NCBI GenBank assembly: GCA_946631165.1
Contig: CAMOZZ010000001.1
Coordinates: 1 to 61,493, forward strand
Reading direction: 5' to 3'
Source of the DNA: an uncultured Lachnospiraceae bacterium
Lineage (GTDB): Bacteria; Bacillota; Clostridia; Lachnospirales; Lachnospiraceae
DNA: 61,493 nt
The notes under the pieces are model-generated. The model did not search any database. It was given only the letters and a program-made list of their open reading frames with translations, and had not been told where the DNA came from. Shown here in pieces: positions 32,832-41,415 of this stretch. The position numbers and the translations under genes were made by a program. Within the stretch, counting starts at the first letter, position 1; every line of letters begins with the position of its first letter.

Positions 32832-34190
32832 ATGTCTGGCAACAGGAAGTCTGAGGAAAAAAATGACAGCCGCAGGGATGAGAAACAGTTCATCCGCGAA
32901 AGAATAGAAAGGCCGAAAAAGGAACGCAGTATTGTTAAAGCCGTAATCCTTGTATGTGTTCTCGGCATTCTTTTCGGGGTCATGGCGGCTGTATCTTTTT
33001 TCGTATCAAACAGAGTGATTAACGGAGCGGTTCCCACAACGGAGGAACTGCATGAGAGTGTTTCCATACCGCGCGATCAGCTGCCTACCGAAACGGCATC
33101 ATCTCCGGAGACCACCGTGCCGCCGGAGACGGAATCTACGGTGGATGAATCCCATGAAGAAGCATTCAGGGAGACCGTCGAAGATATTATAAGCGAATAT
33201 CTTAAGGAGCAGGAAAAGGAAGAAACCAGGGAGACCGAACCGGCAGGCATTGTAAAGATCAAGGATATCGGGAACAGCCTGAAGAGAAATCTGGTGACGG
33301 TCACATCGCTCCAGGCGGATGAGGACGTGTTCAAACATGTTTACACCAGAAGCCAGGAAACATTCGGCATCATTGTAGCCGTGACAGGGAAGGACGTCAG
33401 GATTCTGACCGAAAGCTATCTGCTGGAGAATGCGGACGCGGTGCGCATTACGTTAGGCAACGGTTCTGTTCGGGAAGCGGCACTGATGGAGGAAGACAAT
33501 ATTACCGGCATGGCTGTTGTGTCGATTCCGGTCGAAACACTGGATCCGGGAGATACCGCTTTTGTCCAGCCTGCTGTTCTCGGGAATTCCTATATGTGTT
33601 CGCCCGGGGATATGGTGGTTGCGCTCGGCAGACCGCTTGGCAATATTCCGTCTGTTGCCTGGGGCATCATCTCTTATATCGAAAATGATGCGCAGGGGAC
33701 GGATTTCAATTATGATCTGATCCGGACGGATATCATGGGAGACGCCGGCGCCGGCGGCGTTCTGGTAAATGTTGCCGGAGAAGTGGTCGGATGGATCAGA
33801 GACTACGGGACGGAATACGATCACCTGCGGATCTCTGCCGTTTCCATTTCGGATCTGAAAGGGATGATCGAGTGCCTGTCGAACGGCAACAGGATCTCCA
33901 TGCTGGGAGTGGAAGCCGAAGAAGTCACACCGTTTATCGCGGAAGAACAGGAACTGCCGCAGGGATTATATATAACCAATACGATCTCTGATTCTCCTGC
34001 CTTTAATGCGGGAATACAGAACGGGGATGTTCTGATAAAAATAAATGAGACTGAAATCAAGACGTCTTCCGATCTTCAGAATGCCATGCAGACACTGAGA
34101 CCGGAGACGGAAGTCACCGTGACGGTGATGCGGGAAGGCCGTGACGGATTCGCGGAACTGGAATTTACGCTGACGCTCGGTGCGAGATAG
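32832..34190 (+). CDS. Membrane-anchored HtrA/S1C-like protein with a C-terminal PDZ domain and an apparently degenerate catalytic triad
   Basis: One TM segment ('VILVCVLGILFGVMAAVSFF'), a trypsin-like fold region and a PDZ domain ('GLYITNTISDSPAFNAGIQNGDVLIKINETEI') are present. The ATG at 32832 lies 6 nt after GGAGG. Confidence 0.75.
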   Translation: MSGNRKSEEKNDSRRDEKQFIRERIERPKKERSIVKAVILVCVLGILFGVMAAVSFFVSNRVINGAVPTTEELHESVSIPRDQLPTETASSPETTVPPETESTVDESHEEAFRETVEDIISEYLKEQEKEETRETEPAGIVKIKDIGNSLKRNLVTVTSLQADEDVFKHVYTRSQETFGIIVAVTGKDVRILTESYLLENADAVRITLGNGSVREAALMEEDNITGMAVVSIPVETLDPGDTAFVQPAVLGNSYMCSPGDMVVALGRPLGNIPSVAWGIISYIENDAQGTDFNYDLIRTDIMGDAGAGGVLVNVAGEVVGWIRDYGTEYDHLRISAVSISDLKGMIECLSNGNRISMLGVEAEEVTPFIAEEQELPQGLYITNTISDSPAFNAGIQNGDVLIKINETEIKTSSDLQNAMQTLRPETEVTVTVMREGRDGFAELEFTLTLGAR

Positions 34191-34204
34191 AAATCGAGGA
34201 ACTT

Positions 34205-35149
34205 ATGAGGACGATCGAAACACTCCGCGAGGGAGATCATGTATCTGAAATATATCTTTGCAAGAACAAGGTGAATGCAAAGACAAAGAACGGAAAGACA
34301 TATTATTCCCTGACGCTGCAGGACCGCACCGGGTCCGTGGACGGGAAGATATGGGATCTTTCGAGCGGGATAGATCATTTTGAAAGCCTGGATTATATCC
34401 ATATAGAAGCAGATGTTACCCTCTATCAGGGAAGCCTTCAGCTGAATATCCGGAGGGCGAGGCTGGCCAGGGAAGGAGAATATAATCCCGCGGATTATCT
34501 GCCTGTAAGCCCGCTTGACAGAAAAGACATGGCCCAGAGACTTGTCAATCTGATCCGGTCCGTTAATGATCCTCATTATAAGGCGCTGCTTTCGGCATTT
34601 TTCATGGAAGACCGTGTTTTTGCGGGCGAGTTCGTCAGACATTCGGCGGCAAAGAGTGTGCATCACAGTTTCGTCGGAGGACTTCTGCAGCACACCCTGC
34701 GGGTCACCGAACTGTGCGATTTTTATGCAAAACAGTATCCGGTCCTGAAAAGAGACCTGCTGATCACCGGCGCACTGTGTCATGATATCGGAAAACTGAA
34801 GGAACTGAACAGCTTTCCGAAGAATGACTATACGGATGAAGGACAGCTGATCGGGCATATCGTGATCGGCTATCAGATGGTCATGGAGAAGATCAGAGAG
34901 ATCCCGGATTTCCCGCCGAAGAAGGCCCATGAACTGGGACACCTGATCCTGGCACACCACGGCGAGTTTGAGTTCGGATCTCCGAAGAAGCCTGCGCTGA
35001 TCGAGGCTCTGGCGCTTCACTATGCAGATAATACAGACGCAAAGATCGAGACGATGAGCGAGATCCTCAGTACAGCGGTAAATGATACCGACTGGCTGGG
35101 CTATCAGAAGCTTCTGGAGAGCAATGTCAGAAAGACAAGCAGTGACTGA
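34205..35149 (+). CDS. yhaM: 3'-5' exoribonuclease YhaM family (OB-fold plus HD domain)
   Basis: The OB-fold N-terminus ('KTKNGKTYYSLTLQDRTGSVDGKIWD') and the HD-domain segments 'HHSFVGGLLQHTL' and 'CHDIGK' are present. Confidence 0.85.
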   Translation: MRTIETLREGDHVSEIYLCKNKVNAKTKNGKTYYSLTLQDRTGSVDGKIWDLSSGIDHFESLDYIHIEADVTLYQGSLQLNIRRARLAREGEYNPADYLPVSPLDRKDMAQRLVNLIRSVNDPHYKALLSAFFMEDRVFAGEFVRHSAAKSVHHSFVGGLLQHTLRVTELCDFYAKQYPVLKRDLLITGALCHDIGKLKELNSFPKNDYTDEGQLIGHIVIGYQMVMEKIREIPDFPPKKAHELGHLILAHHGEFEFGSPKKPALIEALALHYADNTDAKIETMSEILSTAVNDTDWLGYQKLLESNVRKTSSD

Positions 35150-35193
35150 GAGAGCCTGCGCGCGGAACAGATGCCGCGCGCAGTAAGTGGACT

Positions 35194-36684
35194 ATGCAGA
35201 AAAACGATATTATTGAACTGAAAATAGAAGACATCACAGAGCAGGGCGAGGGTATCGGAAAGGTATCCGGCTATGCTCTTTTTGTTAAGGATACGGTACC
35301 CGGTGACTGCGTCAGGGCAAAAGTGATCAAGGCGAAGAAAAATTACGGCTATGCGAAGCTGATGGAAGTCCTGACGCCTTCTGCAGACAGGGTGAGCCCC
35401 CGATGTCCGGCAGCCGGACCATGCGGCGGATGCCAGCTGCAGGCGATGCGCTATCCGGCCCAGCTGGACTTCAAGAGGAAGAAAGCCGGAGAGCATCTGC
35501 GGCGGATCGGCGGTTTTACGGTCCTGTATGAGAATGGCCCGCAGGAAGGACCGCTTCCGGAAAATACCGTATATGTGGAACCGGTCCTCGGAATGGATGA
35601 TCCCTGGGAATACAGGAACAAGTTTCTCGTGCCGGTGAGAAAGTCGCGCGACAGCAGGATCATTACCGGGTTTTATGCCGGAAGGACACATGCCGTTATA
35701 GAAACGCCGCACTGCTTCCTCGGCGAAGCGGTGTATGATGAGATACTGGCCGTCGTGCGCGGGTTCATGACAGCATTCGGGATCGAACCATATGATGAGG
35801 TATCCGGAAAAGGCGTCGTCCGGCATGTGATGATCCGCAAAGGGAAGAAGACCGGGCAGATCATGGTGTGTCTGGTGATCAACCGGAGTAAGCTGCCGCA
35901 TGCGGATGCACTGGCAGAGAGCTTGTCTGCTGTTCCGGGCGTCACATCATTTTCGCTTTGCGTGAACAAAGACAGAGGGAATGTGATCATGGGTGACCGG
36001 ATCATACCGGTGTACGGAGAGCCGTATATTGAAGATCTGATCGGTGATGTGAAGTACCGTATTTCGCCCCTTTCGTTCTTCCAGGTCAATCCGGAGCAGA
36101 CGGAGAAGCTTTACGGCAAAGTGCTGGAATACGCGGGGCTTACCGGAAAAGAGACTGTCTGGGATCTTTATTGCGGCACCGGAACGATCTCGCTGTTCCT
36201 GGCGCGGCGAGCCGGTCATGTCTACGGTGTGGAGATCGTCCCGGAAGCGATTGAGGATGCAAGGCATAATGCTGCTGCAAACGGAATCGGGAATGCATCT
36301 TTTTTCTGCGGCAAAGCGGAAGAAGTCATGCCGGAGCTGCTGAAGGCCGGTGCGGAAGGGACGCTGACGGCGGATATCGCAGTCGTTGATCCGCCCAGAA
36401 AAGGCTGCGATGCCGCGCTGATCGAAACGCTGCTGGAAATGAAGCCGGCGAAGATCATCTATGTCAGCTGTGATTCGGCAACGCTGGCAAGAGATCTGAA
36501 GATGCTGTGCGCGGAAGGGCAGTATGCGGTCAGAAAAGTACAGCCGGTGGACATGTTTCCCCAGAGCGGCGGAATAGAGACGGTTGTAGAGCTGGAAATC
36601 GGAAAAAAATACCAGGAGGTAATCGGAAATGTTCAGGGAGATGAGAAGAAAAGCGCAGAAGACCAGTACGGAAGAATGCATTGA
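35194..36684 (+). CDS. rlmD: 23S rRNA (uracil-C5)-methyltransferase RlmD/RumA family
   Basis: The TRAM N-terminus, the Fe-S Cys cluster 'CPAAGPCGGCQLQ' and the SAM-MTase motifs 'DLYCGTGT' and 'VDPPRKG' are present. The 3' end overlaps the next gene by 56 nt. Confidence 0.85.
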   Translation: MQKNDIIELKIEDITEQGEGIGKVSGYALFVKDTVPGDCVRAKVIKAKKNYGYAKLMEVLTPSADRVSPRCPAAGPCGGCQLQAMRYPAQLDFKRKKAGEHLRRIGGFTVLYENGPQEGPLPENTVYVEPVLGMDDPWEYRNKFLVPVRKSRDSRIITGFYAGRTHAVIETPHCFLGEAVYDEILAVVRGFMTAFGIEPYDEVSGKGVVRHVMIRKGKKTGQIMVCLVINRSKLPHADALAESLSAVPGVTSFSLCVNKDRGNVIMGDRIIPVYGEPYIEDLIGDVKYRISPLSFFQVNPEQTEKLYGKVLEYAGLTGKETVWDLYCGTGTISLFLARRAGHVYGVEIVPEAIEDARHNAAANGIGNASFFCGKAEEVMPELLKAGAEGTLTADIAVVDPPRKGCDAALIETLLEMKPAKIIYVSCDSATLARDLKMLCAEGQYAVRKVQPVDMFPQSGGIETVVELEIGKKYQEVIGNVQGDEKKSAEDQYGRMH

Positions 36685-37144
36685 GATCTTAAAGCGCGGG
36701 AAGACCGGTATACTCGGCGTGTCCGGAGATGACGGATATCCGTATACGGTCCCGGTCAATTTCGCGTACCAGGAGGCAGAAGACGGCGGACTCGGAACGA
36801 TCCATATCCACTGCGCAGTGACCGGCCACAAGATCGACGGGATCAAACGCAATGAAAAGGTATCCTTCTGTGTGATCGACCGGGATGAAGTAATGCCGGA
36901 GGAACGTTCGACAAAATATCTGAGCGTGATCGCTTTCGGAAAGGCGAGGTTCCTGACAGATCCGGAAGAAATGCGGGCCTCTGCCAACTCGATCGGTGCG
37001 AAGTATTCCGGCGATTATAAGGAACTCTATGAAGCTGAAACAGAAGACTATCTGAAGCGCGGCGGCCTGTGCTGCGTCGTGATCACGATCGATCATATGA
37101 CCGGCAAGATGGGCAGGATGCTGATGAAGGAGAGAAAACAGTAA
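36629..37144 (+). CDS. Pyridoxamine 5'-phosphate oxidase family protein (NimA-like flavin-binding split barrel)
   Basis: 'GILGVSGDDGYPYTVPVNFAY' and 'KVSFCV' are typical of this family. A strong RBS (AGGAGG) lies 7 nt before the ATG. Confidence 0.75.
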   Translation: MFREMRRKAQKTSTEECIEILKRGKTGILGVSGDDGYPYTVPVNFAYQEAEDGGLGTIHIHCAVTGHKIDGIKRNEKVSFCVIDRDEVMPEERSTKYLSVIAFGKARFLTDPEEMRASANSIGAKYSGDYKELYEAETEDYLKRGGLCCVVITIDHMTGKMGRMLMKERKQ

Positions 37145-37206
37145 TCTTTTTTCGGAACAGATACAGCTTTGCCTCTTGCGTGAATCAATACAAAGCGTGC
37201 AGCAAT

Positions 37207-37238
37207 AAAAAAGGAACCGGATGGCCGGTTCCTTTTCT
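37207..37238. terminator. Bidirectional rho-independent terminator
   Basis: Stem GGAACCGG/CCGGTTCC, flanked by an A-run upstream and a T-run downstream, between convergent genes. Confidence 0.7.
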
Positions 37239-37255
37239 GTGCATTATCTCAAAAA

Positions 37256-38359
37256 TTATTTCTTTGCAGCTTTCTTCTCTTCTGCAGCGGCAGCAGCTTC
37301 AGCAGCCTTCTTGGCAGCAGCCTTTGCTTCGCGCTCGACCTTCTTGATGTCCTGACGGGCAGCATACTGCAGCAGGTCGATGCACTGGTTCGAATAACCC
37401 CACTCATTGTCGTACCATGCGATCAGCTTTACGAAGGAATCGTCCAGCATGATGCCGGCCTTGACATCGAAAATGCAGGTCTGGAAGTTTCCGCGAAGGT
37501 CAGAGGAGACGATCTCATCGGTGTTGTACTCGATGATGCCCTTCATGGAATGACGGCTTGCATCCTCTACAGCGTCGCAGATATCTTCATAAGTGGTCTT
37601 GGTCTTCAGCTGAGCGGTAAGGTCCACAACGGAAACATCGTTCGTGGGAACACGGAAGCTCATGCCTGTCATCTTTCCCTTCAGCTCCGGAATGACCATG
37701 CCGACAGCCTTCGCTGCGCCGGTGGAGGAAGGAATGATGTTGTTGAATACGGAACGGCCTGTTCTCCAGTCACGTCCTCCGTTGGAGTCAACGGGCTTCT
37801 GCTTGGAAGTGGAAGCGTGGATCGTGGACATAAGGGCTTTCTCGATGCCGAAGGTGTCGTTGATGACCTTGGCCAGAGGAGCAAGGCAGTTTGTCGTACA
37901 GGAAGCATTGGAAATGATCTTCATGGAAGGATCATAGGTACGATGGTTTACGCCCATAACGAAGGTAGGGAACTCTTTGTCCTTGCCGGGAGCGGTAAGG
38001 ATGACCTTCTTTGCGCCGCCTTCGAAATGCTTCGCGCAGTCTTCAAGTGTACGGAATTTGCCGGTGGATTCGATGATGTACTCGGCTCCTGCAGACGCCC
38101 AGTCGATCTTGGCCGGATCCTCTTCGGAGAAGACCTTGATCTTCTTGCCGTTGATCACGAGCTCGGTATCGGTGGAACGGACACGTCCTTTGAAACGTCC
38201 GAATACTGAATCATACTCCATCTGATAAGCCATACGGTGAATGTCCGCATTGCGGAGGTTGATCGCGCATACTTCGATATCGGTATCACGCTCCTCAAGG
38301 ATGCGGAGGATAACACGGGCAATACGACCAAATCCGTTAATACCTACTTTTACCAGCAT
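37256..38359 (-). CDS. gap: Type I glyceraldehyde-3-phosphate dehydrogenase with an Ala/Lys/Glu-rich C-terminal extension
   Basis: 'INGFGRIAR', the active site 'SNASCTTNCLAP' and 'WYDNEWGYS' are present. The ATG at 38359 follows an AAAGGAGAAG RBS. About 33 extra C-terminal residues read 'RQDIKKVEREAKAAAKKAAEAAAAAEEKKAAKK'. Confidence 0.92.
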   Translation of the reverse strand: MLVKVGINGFGRIARVILRILEERDTDIEVCAINLRNADIHRMAYQMEYDSVFGRFKGRVRSTDTELVINGKKIKVFSEEDPAKIDWASAGAEYIIESTGKFRTLEDCAKHFEGGAKKVILTAPGKDKEFPTFVMGVNHRTYDPSMKIISNASCTTNCLAPLAKVINDTFGIEKALMSTIHASTSKQKPVDSNGGRDWRTGRSVFNNIIPSSTGAAKAVGMVIPELKGKMTGMSFRVPTNDVSVVDLTAQLKTKTTYEDICDAVEDASRHSMKGIIEYNTDEIVSSDLRGNFQTCIFDVKAGIMLDDSFVKLIAWYDNEWGYSNQCIDLLQYAARQDIKKVEREAKAAAKKAAEAAAAAEEKKAAKK

Positions 38360-38564
38360 AATACTTCTCCTTTCGCGGCTTTGTGATTCTTTTTTAGGGT
38401 ACCGCACGTCCATGACTCTATTATACTTTATAATTCTATTTTGTTCAATTTTATTACTTAAATAATAATACATAAATTATATATATATGAAGGGCTTGAC
38501 GGAAGCGGTATAAGATATGAAAATAACTGCACAGAATGAGAAGATATTTAAAGGAGATCTGAAA

Positions 38565-39437
38565 ATGTCGGAGACGGTCAGACAGAATGCAGTCAGCGAA
38601 TATGCGAAGGAAGTGGAAAAGTCGATCAGGAAGCGTTTTCACAAACGCCTGCTTTCTCCGTTTGCAAAAGCAATCAATACCTATGAACTGCTCTCCCCCG
38701 GCGATCATGTGGCGGTATGTATTTCCGGCGGGAAAGATTCCATGCTTATGGCCAAACTGTTTCAGGAACTGAAACGCCATGACAAATTCCCCTTTGCACT
38801 GACATTCCTGGTGATGGATCCCGGATATAATGAGGCGAACAGAAAATTGATCGAAGAAAACGCGGCGAAGCTGGAGATCCCGGTCGAAATATTTGATTCG
38901 ACTATATTTAATTCCGTGGTGGATATTGAAAAATCGCCGTGCTATCTTTGCGCCAGGATGCGGCGCGGACATCTGTATGCGAAAGCAAAAGAGCTTGGCT
39001 GCAACAAGATCGCGCTCGGGCATCACTATGACGACGTGATCGAAACGATCCTGATGGGGATGCTCTACGGCGGCCAGGTGCAGACGATGATGCCGAAGCT
39101 GCACAGCACGAACTTTCCGGGAATGGAGCTGATCCGCCCGATGTACCTGATCCGGGAAGACGATATAAAGCGCTGGAGAGACGCCAACGGTCTGAAATTC
39201 TTAAGATGCGCCTGCCGGTTCACCGAGAACAATGAAGTGCCGGAGGAAACAGAATGGACCCCGGGCGGTGAGCCGGAGTCCAAGCGTCTTGCTGTAAAGC
39301 TTCTTATTAAAGAGATGAAGAAAACGAATCCCTTTGTGGAATCGAATATCTTTAAGAGCGTGGAGAACGTGAACCTGAGCACGGTGATCGCGTATAAGAA
39401 GGACGGTGTGGTGCACAGGTTCACGGAAAACTATTGA
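38565..39437 (+). CDS. TtcA-family PP-loop ATPase (tRNA 2-thiocytidine synthetase-like)
   Basis: The PP-loop 'CISGGKDS', 'CYLCARMRRG' and 'ALGHHYDDVIET' are present. The ATG at 38565 lies 7 nt after AAAGGAGA. Confidence 0.8.
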   Translation: MSETVRQNAVSEYAKEVEKSIRKRFHKRLLSPFAKAINTYELLSPGDHVAVCISGGKDSMLMAKLFQELKRHDKFPFALTFLVMDPGYNEANRKLIEENAAKLEIPVEIFDSTIFNSVVDIEKSPCYLCARMRRGHLYAKAKELGCNKIALGHHYDDVIETILMGMLYGGQVQTMMPKLHSTNFPGMELIRPMYLIREDDIKRWRDANGLKFLRCACRFTENNEVPEETEWTPGGEPESKRLAVKLLIKEMKKTNPFVESNIFKSVENVNLSTVIAYKKDGVVHRFTENY

Positions 39438-39489
39438 TGAGCTCTTCCGGCGCTTTCGCAGAAGCCTTTCCCTTCAGGGGCGGGAGAGG

Positions 39490-41256
39490 TCACATCTGCT
39501 CCGGTGCAGAAAAGCCCAGCAGGTCGATGCCTGTCTCCAGCACCCTGAGCGCTGCGCTGATCAGCGAGATCCAGCTCTTCTTTCTCTCCTTATCGCTCTC
39601 GGTCAGTATTCTGTGCTCGTGATAGAAACTGTTGAAAGCATTGGATACTTCATAAATATACTGGCAGATCCGGTGCGGCGCGATATCGTCGCAGGCATCG
39701 TTTATGGCGGCGCCTGCGCCGCACAGTTTCAGCTGCAGCGCTTTCTCGGATGCATCGCCGGCCGGCAGGATGCTTCCGTTCATGGATGCGTCTGCCTCTG
39801 TCAGATATTTTTTCAGGATCGATTTGATCCTGACGATCGTATAGAGGATATACGGTCCGGTATTCCCTTCAAAGGACAGGAACCTGTCCATATCAAAAAC
39901 ATAATTCTTTCCGGCCTGATTCGACAGATCGCCGTACTTCAGCGCGGCCAGCCCGACCATTTCCGCGACTTCCTGCGCCGCGTCATCATCCATGCTGCCG
40001 TTCTCCTTTATCCTTGCGAGAGCGGCTTCATTGATATCGGAGATCAGCGTCTCCAGACGCATGACGCCGCCTTCACGGGTCTTGAACGGTTTGCCGTCTT
40101 TCCCGTTCATGGTGCCGAAGCCGAGGAAAGTGAGTTTTGTTTCCGGGCGGATGATGCCGGCTTTTCTGGCGGTACGGAACACCTGCGTAAAATGCATGTC
40201 CTGCCGCTTGTCCACGACATAAAGCACTTCATCGGGATGATAATCGCGTTCCCGCTGTACCAGCGTCGCCAGGTCTGTTGTGGCATAGAGCGAAGCACCG
40301 TCTGATTTTTTGATCAGGCAGGGCGGGACATCGTGGGTGTCGGTCTCTTCCTGGACTTCCACGACCATGGCGCCCTGGCTCTCGACAAGCAGTCCCTTCG
40401 CTTCCATGTCAGCGATCATATCCGGGATAAATGCCTGCGCGTCGCTTTCTCCCTTCCAGAGATCGAAATGCACATCCAGCTTTTCGTAATTCTTCTTCAG
40501 ATCCGTCACGGACAGAGCAATGATATGCTCGAAGATCGCGCGATAGCCGCGGACGCCCTTCTGCAGCGCGATCGTCGCATTGTGGGCAGCCTCTGCAAAT
40601 GCCGCGTCTTCCTTGCTGCGCGCGCTTGCCGTGGGATAGATCTCTTCCAGATCCGAAAGCGTAAAGGGGGCTTCCTTCGGATAGTCCCCTTCATACGCGG
40701 GATCAAAATAAGGCAGATCCGGCTGACGGCGGCGGAGCTCCTCCATGATCAGGCCCATCTGCAGGCCCCAGTCGCCCAGATGGATGTCTCCCAGCACTTC
40801 ATAGCCGGCATAGCGGTAAATGCGCTTTAAGCTTTCGCCGATGATCGCTGCACGAAGATGGCCCACGTGCAGGGGCTTTGCCACATTCGGCCCGCCGTAA
40901 TCCATGATCACTTTTTTGCCGGTGCCGGTCTGTTCGGTGAGCAGGTGCCCGTCGGCTGCGACTTCGGCAAGCATTTCCGCCAGGGCTTCCGGAGCGACCG
41001 TAATATTAATGAATCCGGGCTTTACGGATTCGATCTTTTCGAAGATAACATTGTCCGCACAGGCAGCGGCTACCTCATCAGCGATCACAAAAGGCGCTTT
41101 GTGATATTTCTTCGCACCGGCCATCGCGCCGTTGCACTGGTACTCACACAGATCCGGACGGTTGCTTGTCACGACTGTGCCGAGCGATTCATCATAACCG
41201 CAGGAAGAAAAAGCGGCTTTCAGGACTTCTTCCAGTCTCTTCTGTATTATATTCAT
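39490..41256 (-). CDS. argS: Arginine--tRNA ligase
   Basis: 588 aa with the HIGH-type motif 'PLHVGHLR', an N-terminal Arg-tRNA-synthetase add-on domain and a C-terminal DALR-type region. A GGAGGA RBS precedes the start. Confidence 0.92.
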   Translation of the reverse strand: MNIIQKRLEEVLKAAFSSCGYDESLGTVVTSNRPDLCEYQCNGAMAGAKKYHKAPFVIADEVAAACADNVIFEKIESVKPGFINITVAPEALAEMLAEVAADGHLLTEQTGTGKKVIMDYGGPNVAKPLHVGHLRAAIIGESLKRIYRYAGYEVLGDIHLGDWGLQMGLIMEELRRRQPDLPYFDPAYEGDYPKEAPFTLSDLEEIYPTASARSKEDAAFAEAAHNATIALQKGVRGYRAIFEHIIALSVTDLKKNYEKLDVHFDLWKGESDAQAFIPDMIADMEAKGLLVESQGAMVVEVQEETDTHDVPPCLIKKSDGASLYATTDLATLVQRERDYHPDEVLYVVDKRQDMHFTQVFRTARKAGIIRPETKLTFLGFGTMNGKDGKPFKTREGGVMRLETLISDINEAALARIKENGSMDDDAAQEVAEMVGLAALKYGDLSNQAGKNYVFDMDRFLSFEGNTGPYILYTIVRIKSILKKYLTEADASMNGSILPAGDASEKALQLKLCGAGAAINDACDDIAPHRICQYIYEVSNAFNSFYHEHRILTESDKERKKSWISLISAALRVLETGIDLLGFSAPEQM

Positions 41257-41283
41257 GCGTATTCCTCCGTATATCGTTCCCTT

Positions 41284-41312
41284 ATTGTAGCAGTGAGGAG
41301 ACCAAAAAGCAA
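41284..41312 (-). promoter_or_regulatory. Sigma-A promoter (TTGCTT-17-TACAAT) for argS
   Basis: On the minus strand, the -35 is at 41312-41307 and the -10 at 41289-41284, about 28 nt upstream of the ATG. Confidence 0.4.
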
Positions 41313-41415
41313 TGTTTCCCGGATAACATGACGGTTTTTGTGGACATTCCTCCTTAAATAATGTATGGTATTTCAGGATGCCGGAGGAAAATACGCCGGC
41401 CGACAGGAGAAAGGT

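Noticed and set aside
32223-35149. A possible genomic island or prophage integrated next to the four-tRNA cluster.
   Set aside because: There is no integrase, no direct repeat of a tRNA 3' end and no phage or mobile genes downstream. The next genes are HtrA-like, yhaM and rlmD, which are ordinary chromosomal genes.
38360-38564. An AT-rich divergent intergenic region with a (TA)n run (about 38478-38492), considered as a possible small RNA or mobile-element scar.
   Set aside because: The size and composition fit two back-to-back promoters for gap and the TtcA-like gene. I could identify no inverted or direct repeats and no structured element.
41257-41415. A possible T-box or L-box (lysine) riboswitch in the divergent argS / aspartate kinase intergenic region, and a possible T-box upstream of proS (42730-42877).
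   Set aside because: The gaps are only 159 and 148 nt. I see no T-box core (…GGTGGTACCGCG…) or L-box consensus blocks, and simple promoter plus RBS arrangements account for the space.
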